Shown piece by piece: positions 40,583 through 50,545 of a stretch of DNA of 64,000 nt. Under the pieces are notes generated by a model. It ran no database searches and was not told where the DNA came from. It was given only the letters and a program-made list of their open reading frames with translations. This DNA comes from Paludibacteraceae bacterium. GTDB lineage: Bacteria; Bacteroidota; Bacteroidia; Bacteroidales; Paludibacteraceae. Both the position numbers and the translations under genes were made by a program. The stretch spans positions 28,838 through 92,837 of the forward strand of contig JAGCLD010000034.1 of assembly GCA_017647145.1 (NCBI GenBank), given 5' to 3'. Numbering within the stretch: the stretch's first letter is position 1; each line of letters begins with the position of its first letter.

Positions 40583-41806
40583 TTAGGCTTGTGCCACCAT
40601 TTCTATGATTATCACTACTACAGCCATGGCTTTTTCCATGCTTTGTACAGGAATATATTCAAAGCGTCCATGGAAGTTGTGTCCTCCGGTGAAGATATTG
40701 GGGCAGGGGAGTCCTTCAAATGACAATCTTGCTCCGTCAGTACCCCCTCTGATAGGTTTTACAGATGGTGTCACGCCAACTGCTTTCATGGCATCTGCAG
40801 CTAAATCGATAATGTGCATTACAGGCTCGATTTTTTCGCGCATATTGTAGTATTGGTCTTTAATTTCAATAGTGGCTGTATCTGTGCCGTATTCGTTATT
40901 GATTCTCTCTACAATAGTAGCCATTTCAGCTTTTCGTGCTTCAAATTTTTGGCGATCGTGGTCGCGTATGATGTAGCTTAAAGTGGTTTCTTCTACACTA
41001 CCTTGCATGTGAATTAGGTGATAGAATCCTTCATAACCTGTGGTGTGTTCAGGCACTTCATTGGTTGGGAGCATGGCTGTCAGTTGGTTTGCAATACGCA
41101 TGGAATTGCGCATTTTATCTTTTGCGTATCCAGGGTGTACGTTTACTCCTTTGATGGTAATTTTAGCAGATGCGGCATTGAAGTTTTCATATTCAAGTTC
41201 TCCAATTTCGCCTCCGTCTATTGTGTATGCCCAGTTAGCACCAAATTTAGCAACGTCAAAGTGGTCAGCACCTTCTCCAATTTCTTCATCAGGAGTAAAG
41301 CCAACTCGGATTTTGCCATGTTTGATTTCAGGGTGTGCTATCAAATATTCCATAGCAGTGATAATCTCAGCAATACCGGCTTTGTCGTCTGCGCCAAGTA
41401 GGGTTTTACCATTGGTTACAATGATGTCTTGTCCTATGTATTGTAAGATTTCAGGGTATTTTTCTGTTTCTAATACAATTCCTTCTTCCTTGTTCAGCAC
41501 GATGTCGCCACCTTGGTAGTTTTCTACAATGCGAGGTTGTACGTGTTTTCCGCTCATTTCTGGACTTGTGTCTAAATGAGCAATAAATCCGATGGTTGGA
41601 AGGGGTTGGTCGCAATTAGCAGGAAGTGTTGCCATTAAATAACCATTTTGGTCGAGCTCAATGTCAACTAATCCAATTGATTGAAGTTCTTCAGCCAGGT
41701 AGCGGGCAAATACAATTTGTCCCGGTGTGCTGGGATTCATACGAGTGTTCTCATCAGAAGTAGTGAGAAAACCTACATACTTAAGAAAGCGTGATGTAAT
41801 ATCCAT
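40583..41806 (-). CDS. pepT: Peptidase T (M20B tripeptidase)
   Basis: Start refined to [11 protein letters not shown] (407 aa). HLDT, GADDKAG and TPDEEIG metal-ligand blocks. Confidence 0.9.
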   Translation of the reverse strand: MDITSRFLKYVGFLTTSDENTRMNPSTPGQIVFARYLAEELQSIGLVDIELDQNGYLMATLPANCDQPLPTIGFIAHLDTSPEMSGKHVQPRIVENYQGGDIVLNKEEGIVLETEKYPEILQYIGQDIIVTNGKTLLGADDKAGIAEIITAMEYLIAHPEIKHGKIRVGFTPDEEIGEGADHFDVAKFGANWAYTIDGGEIGELEYENFNAASAKITIKGVNVHPGYAKDKMRNSMRIANQLTAMLPTNEVPEHTTGYEGFYHLIHMQGSVEETTLSYIIRDHDRQKFEARKAEMATIVERINNEYGTDTATIEIKDQYYNMREKIEPVMHIIDLAADAMKAVGVTPSVKPIRGGTDGARLSFEGLPCPNIFTGGHNFHGRFEYIPVQSMEKAMAVVVIIIEMVAQA

Positions 41807-41832
41807 ATCTACATGTATTATTAGATGTTTTG

Positions 41833-41840
41833 CAAAGATA
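41833..41840 (-). promoter_or_regulatory. -7 promoter box (TAtcTTTG on the minus strand) for pepT
   Basis: CAAAGATA on the plus strand, 27 nt upstream of the refined pepT start. Part of CAAAGATAGTGCAAGGTGAGCG, which recurs in degenerate form at 41910-41931. Confidence 0.55.
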
Positions 41841-42056
41841 GTGCAAGGTGAGCGAAATAGCAAATAAGCTTGCTTAAATTTACTTATTTTGCGCCTCTGA
41901 TATCTTATTAAAAGACAATGCAAGGTGAGCGCATAGGAAATAGTTTGTTGTGGACTAACTATAGTTTTGATTATTTAGATTTATTTAAGCAATTTACTTA
42001 GTTGTAAGCTATCTTAATTGTATGCAATAGAAGTTTAATGTATAATAGAGGTGTGT

Positions 42057-42788
42057 TTATTCTTTGGTATTTTGTAAGTCTATTTTTCCGAGTTTGGGCA
42101 TTAGTTTAAGAATTTGTGTTTGCCTTTTTCTTACGTAGGATGATGGGTGTTCTGGTGACATGCGTCTTGGATTGGGTAGACACACGGCTATCAGTGCTGA
42201 CTGTGATGATGTGAGTTGTTTGGGTGTTGTGTGAAAGTAGATCTCACTAGCTGCAGCTACACCATATATTCCGTCACCCATTTCAATGATGTTTAGGTAG
42301 ACTTCCATGATTCTTTCTTTTCCCCATATAATTTCTATTAATATGGTGAAATAGGCTTCGAGGGCTTTCCGAAGATAAGTTTTACTTGGTGTGAGAAACG
42401 CATTCTTGGCCGTTTGTTGCGAGATTGTACTGCCTCCTCTAATGCGTTTTCCACTTTGTTTCTCTTTTATTGCGAGTTGTATCTGCTTGAAAGAAAATCC
42501 TTTGTGTTGCAAGAATAGATTGTCTTCAGATGCTATGACAGCGCGCACCATGTTAGGTGAAATCTGTTCGATGGGCGTCCATTGGTGGTGTCGTTCAACT
42601 TTTTTACCGTTCTTGAGTGCTTCGCATGAGCGAATGAGCATAAGGGGTGTATAGTGAATGGGTACAAATTTATAGAGCACAACCGTACCTATGCTCAGCA
42701 TAAAGCATGTGAGCAGTGTAAAACCTATTCCTCGCAAGCAGCGTTGTTTCCAAGTGATTGGTGTGTTATTTGTTTTGTGTGCTGTCAA
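42057..42788 (-). CDS. mtgA: Monofunctional peptidoglycan glycosyltransferase (GT51)
   Basis: N-terminal TM helix. GT51 motifs EDNLFLQHKGF and GGSTISQQTAKN. Confidence 0.85.
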   Translation of the reverse strand: MTAHKTNNTPITWKQRCLRGIGFTLLTCFMLSIGTVVLYKFVPIHYTPLMLIRSCEALKNGKKVERHHQWTPIEQISPNMVRAVIASEDNLFLQHKGFSFKQIQLAIKEKQSGKRIRGGSTISQQTAKNAFLTPSKTYLRKALEAYFTILIEIIWGKERIMEVYLNIIEMGDGIYGVAAASEIYFHTTPKQLTSSQSALIAVCLPNPRRMSPEHPSSYVRKRQTQILKLMPKLGKIDLQNTKE

Positions 42789-42802
42789 TTTTTCTCTCTT
42801 TA

Positions 42803-45800
42803 TTAGATTCTACGTTCTATGGTGAATGTGAACTCTTTTTGATTCTGCGCTTCAATTAGGGCTTCGTATTGCTCATTGTTGAGTTCTACTTGGTCAAGTT
42901 GACACAATGCATCTAAACGGATGTGTTCTTGGTTTTGGTCATATAGTTGTAGCCATACGGGTATTGTTCCCTTTTCTTTGTTGTTTTTTATGATGGCCAT
43001 AAGATTGTCAATCATGATACCATCCACATTTTGGTAGGGTAGTTGCAGGGTTACTTGTTTGACAAATGTAGTTAGGTTTGTTTCTGATAGTGGATATATT
43101 TTATTTACTTTTATTAGGTATTCTACCGGTTCTCCAGGCTTAGGTTTGTAGTATTTCCAGTCTTCTCCCTTTTTCTGCACAGTGGCAACAATAAGCAGGT
43201 ATAGATTTTTTGCTAAGTATTTATTGAAATCTATATAGTCTTTGCCAAAGAATGCGAGTTCATATGAACCTGTATAGTCATTCAATACCATCTTTCCAAA
43301 TGGTTTTCCTGTTTTTGAACTTACCGCATCCCACGCGTCAGTTACCATTCCTCCAAAGATTATTTTCTTTCCATAGAATGATTCTAAGCCTGATGAGAGC
43401 TGAACTGTGGTAGTGTTACATACTTGCTGAAACACGACTTTGTATTCATCTAATGGGTGAGAAGAAATGTACATTCCTATACATTCTTTTTCTTTGTTAA
43501 GACGCTCTACTATTGACCATTTTTCTGTTTTTGGTAGTTCGGGTTTGGTAATGGCAGCTCCCATACCAATATCTCCAAAGAGTGTGTTTTGCTTCATGCT
43601 TTGGTCTTGTTGGTATCTGTTGCCATATCTAACGATCAACTCTAAAACGCTTTCATCTTTTGCATTGAGTTCAAACATTTGCTCTCTTTCAAAGTTGTCA
43701 AAGCAATCGAATGCTCCGGAAAGAATAAGACTTTCAAGCGTTTTCTTGTTGCATGCAGAGAGGTTAACACGTTCTACGAAGTCATAGATACTTAAGAACT
43801 TTCCGTTTTTCTTACGTTCGTTCACAATGGCTTCCACAGCACCTTCACCTACTCCCTTGATGCCGCCGAGTCCAAAACGAATGTTACCTTGTGTGTTTAC
43901 AGTAAAGTTCAATTCACTTTCGTTGACGTCAGGTTCTAGTACTTTTATGCCCATTTTGCTACATTCGTTCATGAATTTGCTAACTTCGGTGATGTCATCC
44001 TTGTTACGTGTCAAGTTGGCAGCCATGAATTCAGCAGGATAGTGTGCTTTCAAATAGGCAGTCTGGTATGCTACCCATGAGTAGCATGTGGCGTGCGATT
44101 TATTGAATGCATAGGAGGCAAATTTCTCCCAGTCTTTCCATATTTTGTCTAAGATGATTGGGTCGTGACCTTTTGCAGAGCCTCGTGAGATGAAGTCTGG
44201 CTTCATCTGATCAAGTTTGTCACGTAGCTTTTTACCCATTGCTTTTCGCAGGTTGTCTGATTCACCTCGGGTGAAGTCAGCCAATAGTCTTGAGAGCAAC
44301 ATGACCTGTTCTTGATACACAGTAATTCCATAAGTGTCTTTCAGATATACCTCCATGTCGGGTATGTCATACTCAATGGGTTCTTTGCCGTGTTTGCGTG
44401 CGATAAATTGTGGAATGTAGTCCATGGGCCCCGGTCTGTAGAGGGCATTCATCGCAATGAGGTCTTCAAAGGTAGTGGGTTTAAGTTCTTTCAGGTGTTT
44501 CTGCATTCCTGGTGATTCAAACTGGAATGTACCAATAGTTTTTCCTTCTCCGAAGAGTTGATAGGTGAGTGCATCGTCTTTAGGGATAGCATCAATATTT
44601 AGTTCTTCGTTTCTTGACTTGCGAATATTAGAGAGTGCTTCTTTGATGATAGATAGGGTCTTAAGTCCTAGAAAGTCCATCTTGATAAGCCCCACCGACT
44701 CTATCACTGAACCTTCATATTGTGTAACCAATAAGTCTTCATCCGTTCCTTTTTCTTTGGCTGTGCTCAATGGAGCAAATTTAGTGAGGTCATCGGCTCC
44801 GATGATTACTCCACATGCATGTACACCTGTCTGTCGTACGGTTCCTTCCAACATTTCGGCGTATTTGAGTGTGTCTGACACGGCTTTGTCACTAGAGAAT
44901 CGTTTTTCGCGTAACTCAGGTACATATTTGAAGCAATTAGTCAGATTTACTTTAGGAATTTTCTGTGTGGCTTTATCCATTTCTTTTTCACCAAACTTGT
45001 CGGGTACCATTTTTGTGAGTTCTATTACCTCTTTTAATGGAACTCCTTGCACACGACCCACGTCTTTAATAGATGATTTTGTCGCCATGGTTCCATAAGT
45101 AATGATGTGTGCCACTTTTTCTTTCCCATATTTTTCTGTTACCCATTGCAGAACAGATGCTCTCCCATCGTCATCAAAGTCAATGTCAATATCAGGTAAT
45201 GAGATACGGTCGGGGTTCAGAAAACGTTCAAACAGAAGGTCATATTCCAGTGGATTGATATCTGTAATTTTTAGGCAGTAAGCTACAACAGAACCCGCAG
45301 CCGAGCCACGTCCGGGTCCTACTGACACTCCCATGTTGCGTGCAGCTTGGATAAAATCTTGTACAATCAAGAAGTAGCCAGGAAAACCCATTGTCTTCAT
45401 GATGTAGAGCTCGAAGTTGATTCGTTCACGTATTTCCTCAGTAATCTCCCCATATCGTTTTGCAGCCCCTTCCCATGCTAATTTGGCAAGATAATCCGCT
45501 TCAAGCTTGATGCGATATAATTTGTCATATCCTCCCAATGTTTCTACTTTTTTCTCGGCTTTCTCTTGTGAGAGTACAACATTGCCTTTTTCATCTTGTG
45601 TAAACTCGTCAAAAAGTTGTTGTTCTGTGTATTTTTGTCGATATTCTTCCTCTGTTCCAAATTCAGCAGGGATATCAAACTTGGGCATGAGGGGAGGGGA
45701 GTCTATGCTATACACTTCCACCTTCTGAGCGATTTCCAGTGTGTTGGTGAGTATCTCCGGATGGTCGGAGAATATCTCAGCCATCTGTTCGGGTGTTTTA

Positions 45801-46687
45801 AGCCATTCTTGTTTGGTGTAGCGCATGCGTTTGGAATCGTGCAAGTCGGCCGATGTGCTCAGACAGATCAAATGGTCGTGTGCTTCAGCATGTTCCTCTT
45901 CCACAAAGTGTACGTCGTTCGTAGCAATGACTTTTGTATTCGTTTTTTCTGCTAAGTGAAAAATGACTTCATTTACCGCCTTTTGTTTTTCATACGTTGT
46001 TTGGTCGGCATTCGGCTTATAAGTTTCGTGGCGTTGTACTTCCAGATAAAAATCATCCCCCCATATGTTCTTAAACCACATGATTGCCTCTTCGGCAGCT
46101 TGTATGTTTCCTTGCATGATTTTTTGTGGAACTTCTCCCCCTAAACAGGCAGATGAAATGATAAGTCCTTCGCTGTATTGTTCAAGTAATTCCTTGTCAA
46201 TACGCGGACGATAATAATAGCCGTCAATCCATGATTTAGAGACAAGTTTACAGAGGTTTTGATATCCTTTTTTGTTTTTTGCAAGCAAAACAAGGTGCCA
46301 TCCACTACCATCTTCTTTCAGTTCTTTTTTTGTTAACGACCTACGTGCGCAATATGCCTCGACACCCACAATAGGCTTGAAACATTTTTGTTGCAATTCC
46401 TCAATTTGTTGAGTCAATTGTTTCACCTCTTCTTCTTGTTCAGGAGTGGCTTCTTCTTTACTTTTTTCCTTTAAAGTTTCTTTCAGCTTTTTGATTTCTC
46501 CCTTGTATCCACCATTTTTCTTATCCACATAATCCAAAAATTCTTTGATACCAAACATGGAACCATGGTCAGTAATAGCAATCGCCGGCATGTTGTTTTG
46601 TAAACATTTGTCGACTAAGGCTGATATCTTAGACATTCCGTCAAGAATAGAATAGTGAGTGTGAACGTGTAGGTGTACAAAACTCAT
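42803..46687 (-). CDS. dnaE: DNA polymerase III alpha subunit
   Basis: Start refined to MSFVHLHVHTHYSILDG (PHP domain). Polymerase core and a C-terminal OB region. Confidence 0.95.
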   Translation of the reverse strand: MSFVHLHVHTHYSILDGMSKISALVDKCLQNNMPAIAITDHGSMFGIKEFLDYVDKKNGGYKGEIKKLKETLKEKSKEEATPEQEEEVKQLTQQIEELQQKCFKPIVGVEAYCARRSLTKKELKEDGSGWHLVLLAKNKKGYQNLCKLVSKSWIDGYYYRPRIDKELLEQYSEGLIISSACLGGEVPQKIMQGNIQAAEEAIMWFKNIWGDDFYLEVQRHETYKPNADQTTYEKQKAVNEVIFHLAEKTNTKVIATNDVHFVEEEHAEAHDHLICLSTSADLHDSKRMRYTKQEWLKTPEQMAEIFSDHPEILTNTLEIAQKVEVYSIDSPPLMPKFDIPAEFGTEEEYRQKYTEQQLFDEFTQDEKGNVVLSQEKAEKKVETLGGYDKLYRIKLEADYLAKLAWEGAAKRYGEITEEIRERINFELYIMKTMGFPGYFLIVQDFIQAARNMGVSVGPGRGSAAGSVVAYCLKITDINPLEYDLLFERFLNPDRISLPDIDIDFDDDGRASVLQWVTEKYGKEKVAHIITYGTMATKSSIKDVGRVQGVPLKEVIELTKMVPDKFGEKEMDKATQKIPKVNLTNCFKYVPELREKRFSSDKAVSDTLKYAEMLEGTVRQTGVHACGVIIGADDLTKFAPLSTAKEKGTDEDLLVTQYEGSVIESVGLIKMDFLGLKTLSIIKEALSNIRKSRNEELNIDAIPKDDALTYQLFGEGKTIGTFQFESPGMQKHLKELKPTTFEDLIAMNALYRPGPMDYIPQFIARKHGKEPIEYDIPDMEVYLKDTYGITVYQEQVMLLSRLLADFTRGESDNLRKAMGKKLRDKLDQMKPDFISRGSAKGHDPIILDKIWKDWEKFASYAFNKSHATCYSWVAYQTAYLKAHYPAEFMAANLTRNKDDITEVSKFMNECSKMGIKVLEPDVNESELNFTVNTQGNIRFGLGGIKGVGEGAVEAIVNERKKNGKFLSIYDFVERVNLSACNKKTLESLILSGAFDCFDNFEREQMFELNAKDESVLELIVRYGNRYQQDQSMKQNTLFGDIGMGAAITKPELPKTEKWSIVERLNKEKECIGMYISSHPLDEYKVVFQQVCNTTTVQLSSGLESFYGKKIIFGGMVTDAWDAVSSKTGKPFGKMVLNDYTGSYELAFFGKDYIDFNKYLAKNLYLLIVATVQKKGEDWKYYKPKPGEPVEYLIKVNKIYPLSETNLTTFVKQVTLQLPYQNVDGIMIDNLMAIIKNNKEKGTIPVWLQLYDQNQEHIRLDALCQLDQVELNNEQYEALIEAQNQKEFTFTIERRI

Positions 46688-46753
46688 AGAATTTATTAAT
46701 TTACTCGTTATTAGGTGATTATACTGTGGATTGACTATTATATCTCTCTTTTG

Positions 46754-46761
46754 CAAAGATA
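46754..46761 (-). promoter_or_regulatory. -7 promoter box (TAtcTTTG on the minus strand) for dnaE
   Basis: CAAAGATA on the plus strand, 67 nt upstream of the refined dnaE start. Confidence 0.5.
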
Positions 46762-46834
46762 GTACAAACCGAAAGCAGAACAAAATAAATTCATTTATTT
46801 TTTATGCTGAGGTGCAGCCTATATTGGCCGTAGG

Positions 46835-46842
46835 CAAAGATA
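46835..46842 (-). promoter_or_regulatory. Second, upstream copy of the extended promoter block
   Basis: CAAAGATAGTGCAAGGTGCAAACCGAACGCAGAA, compared with CAAAGATAGTACAAACCGAAAGCAGAA at 46754. Confidence 0.35.
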
Positions 46843-47096
46843 GTGCAAGGTGCAAACCGAACGCAGAATATAGGGTTATTAAAATAACTCCCATTTCTCC
46901 CGATTAACAACTATTGCGCTCGTAACAACACAACGAGCGCTCAGAAGAAATAATTAGCCTATCGAACGAGCGATTTTTTGCTTGGTTTGTGTGAACTCCA
47001 GTAGTATACCTAATAATCTAGCCTTCACCAACTCTTGTGTTGGCTCCAAAGATTGACAATCCTTCCAGTAAATTAATTGTTTGCACAAGGTAACAC

Positions 47097-47146
47097 CTAA
47101 TTTGCATTCCCCAATTTTTTTACTAATCTTGGAGAATGCAAATTAG
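47097..47146. repeat. Perfect 13-bp inverted repeat with a 24-nt spacer
   Basis: CTAATTTGCATTC (47097-47109) and GAATGCAAATTAG (47134-47146). The spacer contains T7. Lies 43 nt beyond the stop of the 47189..47734 gene. Confidence 0.9.
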
Positions 47147-47188
47147 AAATCATAAGAATGTGTGACTATTGGTGTAACTATGAAGGCA

Positions 47189-47734
47189 TCACTTTACATA
47201 ATAACGAAGTGCGAATCCTACGCTCCAGTCGAACATATGAAATTCAGTTTTTACTCCATAAGGAACACCAATCATATATGCATAACCAGGTCTAAAATCA
47301 GCACTAATGGAAAATGGTATTCCTTCAAATACATATTCCATGCCAGCAATAGCATTTGTCCCTATCTTACCGAATACGGGGGCATCATATTCCATAGCCA
47401 AACCACCACTTATACCCATACCTGCAAAATAGTTCAACCATCCTACTTTGACATCGCAAATAGGAGCTTGATACATCACATTGGGGTTAAGGGCAAAATC
47501 CCAATGCCCTTCTGTGATTGCGCCATAATCTATATCTTCGAAAAATAGTTTACCTGCTACTTTGTGTAATCCTACATAGAGATCTGTTTGAAAAACAATG
47601 TTATCCGAACAATACATTTTATAACTTCCTCCATAGAGAGAGCCTACAATAGGACCAGAAGCATAACGATACTGTGCATTAGCAGTAATTGTGCATGCGA
47701 TTGCAACAATAGCAATAATAAAAAACTTTTTCAT
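47189..47734 (-). CDS. Small outer-membrane beta-barrel protein (OmpW / OMP_b-brl-like)
   Basis: Signal peptide ending ANAQ, Gly/Tyr-rich alternating strands, and C-terminal FALRYYVK. Confidence 0.55.
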   Translation of the reverse strand: MKKFFIIAIVAIACTITANAQYRYASGPIVGSLYGGSYKMYCSDNIVFQTDLYVGLHKVAGKLFFEDIDYGAITEGHWDFALNPNVMYQAPICDVKVGWLNYFAGMGISGGLAMEYDAPVFGKIGTNAIAGMEYVFEGIPFSISADFRPGYAYMIGVPYGVKTEFHMFDWSVGFALRYYVK

Positions 47735-47757
47735 AAGAATAAATTTTTAAAGATTGT

Positions 47758-48285
47758 TTATTTATTGTCAAATACCAACATGCGAACGGAATACTGTCCA
47801 TTTGTTGTTTTGGGGTTAATCAGGCGCACTACGCGTAGATAATTAGAAGTAATGGCTTCTACATTGAGTTCTACTTGATTGGAGACGACTTCTGTTCCTA
47901 ATTGCAGATTTCTGCCGTAAATGATGACCTTATTCCCATTCCTTCTCCAAGTAAGTTGCTGCCCATTACTTCCGTATAGCCCCGATTCGTAGCATGTATG
48001 ATTGGAATAAAATTGAATCCACTGTTTTCTATAATAGTTCTTTGCCTCATTTGTTGTGGTGGATAGAAACTGACCATTTCTATAATAATGAGTAGAGGTT
48101 TCTCCATAAGTCAACTCCCAACGCCGGGAGCAGAGAAGCTGGTCTGAAGTATAAATATATTCAGAGGAACTTGAACTGCTTGTAGAGGATGATTTAGAAC
48201 CGGAACTTGCAGAGGAAAGAAAGAAGCAACCTGTTTGTCCCATGCACAATAACATAAAGATAAGAATTTTGAATACATTTTTCAT
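47758..48285 (-). CDS. Lipoprotein with a poly-Ser linker (hypothetical)
   Basis: Lipobox GQTGC, followed by SSASSGSKSSSTSSSSSSE. Confidence 0.5.
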   Translation of the reverse strand: MKNVFKILIFMLLCMGQTGCFFLSSASSGSKSSSTSSSSSSEYIYTSDQLLCSRRWELTYGETSTHYYRNGQFLSTTTNEAKNYYRKQWIQFYSNHTCYESGLYGSNGQQLTWRRNGNKVIIYGRNLQLGTEVVSNQVELNVEAITSNYLRVVRLINPKTTNGQYSVRMLVFDNK

Positions 48286-48407
48286 TTTGATCTGTTATTA
48301 AGTTGTTGAACAATTAAAGTGTATAATTTTTTGTTGAGGAAAATAAATGAATGAGGCGAGAGTTTTATACATTTCGTCTGTACATTTTGATAAATAAGGA
48401 AGGTGGA

Positions 48408-48845
48408 TCATTGTTTTCTTGCTGGGGCACCTGCCGTACCTCCTTGAGGCTTGTTGGTGGGTGGCTTTAGATAAGTCTCTTCTGTCCATGTTCCATTTAT
48501 GGCATCTCCCATATATAGCACTAATGTAGAACTTTTAATTGTTACATAGTAATTATTGCTAACTTCACCATGTGATAGGGTTAACATTTTGTTACCGTCG
48601 TACATCCAAATGCCATTTTCATAGCGACCTGATGCGTGCCAATACTTTATATATTGACCGGATTTTTCAAGTGTTAACGTAATGTGAGGTGCAGAACTTT
48701 CTGTTCCGTTGTTGGTCTTGAGTTTGCTTAATTCCCATGCACCAAATAACTGTTGGGTTTTATCCACATTTGTTTGGGATAAGTCGCAGCTTGGCAGCAT
48801 GATTAACACTACCAGTGCACAAAATAATAGTTTTAAGAATTTCAT
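48408..48845 (-). CDS. Lipocalin-like lipoprotein (hypothetical)
   Basis: Start refined to MKFLKLLFCALVVLIMLPSC. Confidence 0.5.
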   Translation of the reverse strand: MKFLKLLFCALVVLIMLPSCDLSQTNVDKTQQLFGAWELSKLKTNNGTESSAPHITLTLEKSGQYIKYWHASGRYENGIWMYDGNKMLTLSHGEVSNNYYVTIKSSTLVLYMGDAINGTWTEETYLKPPTNKPQGGTAGAPARKQ

Positions 48846-48877
48846 AATGTTAATGTTTTTATTTAGTTTGTAAATAA

Positions 48878-49378
48878 TTATCTTATTTTTCTTGCTTCTA
48901 AAGTAGCTTCGACATTTGAACAATATATTTCACTACCATCTGAACATGTTACTTCAACCCATGCATATTTTCCGCTTTCTATAGTAAATTCTTTCATATT
49001 ATATTTTACAGGAATATTGTTCCAAGCACAATACGCTTCATATTGTTTACCCTGTTCTGACCATTCAAAACTATCGTCTGTAAATCCGAGTCGTGGTTCA
49101 CCATACATTTCAAAAAAGTCATCAACAACTCCATCAAAATATGAATTTTCAATATCCCCCTCTAGATATCCATGTAAATTCTCATCCCAAGTGAAAGTAC
49201 CTGTAAACTTCTTTGTCCCAGATACAGATGGATCTGTGTTATTAGTCCCTTTAAAGGAGATTTCAATAGTATATTCCCATTTTCCAGCTAATGATTTTTC
49301 AATTGCTTCTTCGCGTTCACATGAAGTAGCGAATATTGCTAATGCAATAAGAACTAAAGATTTAATAATAGATTTCAT
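48878..49378 (-). CDS. Lipoprotein (hypothetical)
   Basis: Lipobox FATSC. 166 aa. Confidence 0.5.
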   Translation of the reverse strand: MKSIIKSLVLIALAIFATSCEREEAIEKSLAGKWEYTIEISFKGTNNTDPSVSGTKKFTGTFTWDENLHGYLEGDIENSYFDGVVDDFFEMYGEPRLGFTDDSFEWSEQGKQYEAYCAWNNIPVKYNMKEFTIESGKYAWVEVTCSDGSEIYCSNVEATLEARKIR

Positions 49379-49415
49379 AATGTTAATATTTAATTGATTT
49401 ATAATTTGTTGTTAT

Positions 49416-50270
49416 TTATTTTACATCTTGAACAAGGCGGACAAACCCCCTTTTTGAAGTGCTATTGAACATACCACACCCAGCGTAACTCGCATCAAAT
49501 TCGAAGTAATAAGCATATACATGTGGAGAATATTTTCCTTTTAAAGTTGATGACCAATAATATCCCTCCGAGTTTTCATTTACATAACTATACATATTAT
49601 CTTCTGTAACTGGTAAAAAGATTGCACCCGATTCCTCTAACACAAGCCAATTTTCTAATGTTATTATTTGATGCTCTGCATAATCTTCTTCACTATGCCC
49701 AACAGCAACCCCACGTTTGAATGATACATCACTTGGACAAGTCCAATTATCTGGTAATAGGATAAATCCATTCATTCCATCTATTTGTGCCACAGAACAC
49801 AGACTATCTGCATTTTTGCGTCCCTCTTTACCATCTGTTAGATAATTCCATTCTTCATTTGTCAATGTACGCCATGTGTTAGGTTTATCATTACCAATCT
49901 GATTGATTCCCCAATCTACAAAGTTAACAAATGCGGTGTCTGGACTAAAAATATCAGTAGAAACTTTAGTAGGACAATTTCCTGTTCCCCAACAGAACAA
50001 ATCTATCCAACCATCGTATGTGGCGGATAGACTATCTTCTGGCACTTCCTTCATACGCTCTAACTGACTTTCTGCAAAACGCCATTCATTATTTAGAGGA
50101 TGATATTGCAAATTTCCATTTGAGAAAAGAATTTTCTTATGTTTAGAAACACTAAATGCCTTTGTCCTTTTTAAATCTGGATTGTTTAAATCTGGATTGT
50201 TCTGACTATCTGAACAACCCGCAAATACAAACGCCATTAATAGGATGGCTAAATTATAAAACTTTTTCAT
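49416..50270 (-). CDS. Lipoprotein with a FISUMP/DUF1566-like domain
   Basis: Lipobox FAGC. The WRTLTNEEWNYL, GYYWSST and C-terminal RGFVRLVQDV pattern resembles that of 63127..63858. Confidence 0.5.
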   Translation of the reverse strand: MKKFYNLAILLMAFVFAGCSDSQNNPDLNNPDLKRTKAFSVSKHKKILFSNGNLQYHPLNNEWRFAESQLERMKEVPEDSLSATYDGWIDLFCWGTGNCPTKVSTDIFSPDTAFVNFVDWGINQIGNDKPNTWRTLTNEEWNYLTDGKEGRKNADSLCSVAQIDGMNGFILLPDNWTCPSDVSFKRGVAVGHSEEDYAEHQIITLENWLVLEESGAIFLPVTEDNMYSYVNENSEGYYWSSTLKGKYSPHVYAYYFEFDASYAGCGMFNSTSKRGFVRLVQDVK

Positions 50271-50338
50271 TGTTTATAAAGTTTTGTGGGAAGTCGGCTC
50301 CAAACGGCCCGTTAGTATAAAAAGAAAGCGTGGAACCT

Positions 50339-50346
50339 TATCTTTG
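50339..50346 (+). promoter_or_regulatory. -7 promoter box TAtcTTTG driving the structured sRNA
   Basis: Exact motif 10 nt upstream of the first base of the closing helix. Confidence 0.55.
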
Positions 50347-50351
50347 CTTAT

Positions 50352-50545
50352 CCTTAGATTCGAGGTTCCTGCAAGACCCTACCAACAAGAATAAGCAATT
50401 AACGCCCACGCCGAATATGGAATGCCACCAAACAGAGCAATCCAACAAAGGATGCTCTGTGGCAGGATATACATATCCCAAAAGGGCGTTTACTGCAATC
50501 TTGCTTTGGGTTGGTGAAATTTTGCAGGATTTCGAATCTCCAAAA
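50352..50545 (+). ncRNA. Structured sRNA of about 190 nt with 6S-RNA-like rod architecture (candidate ssrS). The ends are approximate.
   Basis: Hand fold. An 18-bp closing helix pairs 50356-50374 with 50522-50539. Further helices are ACCAAC/GTTGGT, AAGCAA/TTGCTT and AACGCCC/GGGCGTT. There is a large central bubble of 16 nt against 20 nt, with a small hairpin GGATAT/ATATCC on the 3' side, and a terminal stem-loop at 50424-50463. G-U pairs form only on the plus strand. Confidence 0.5.
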
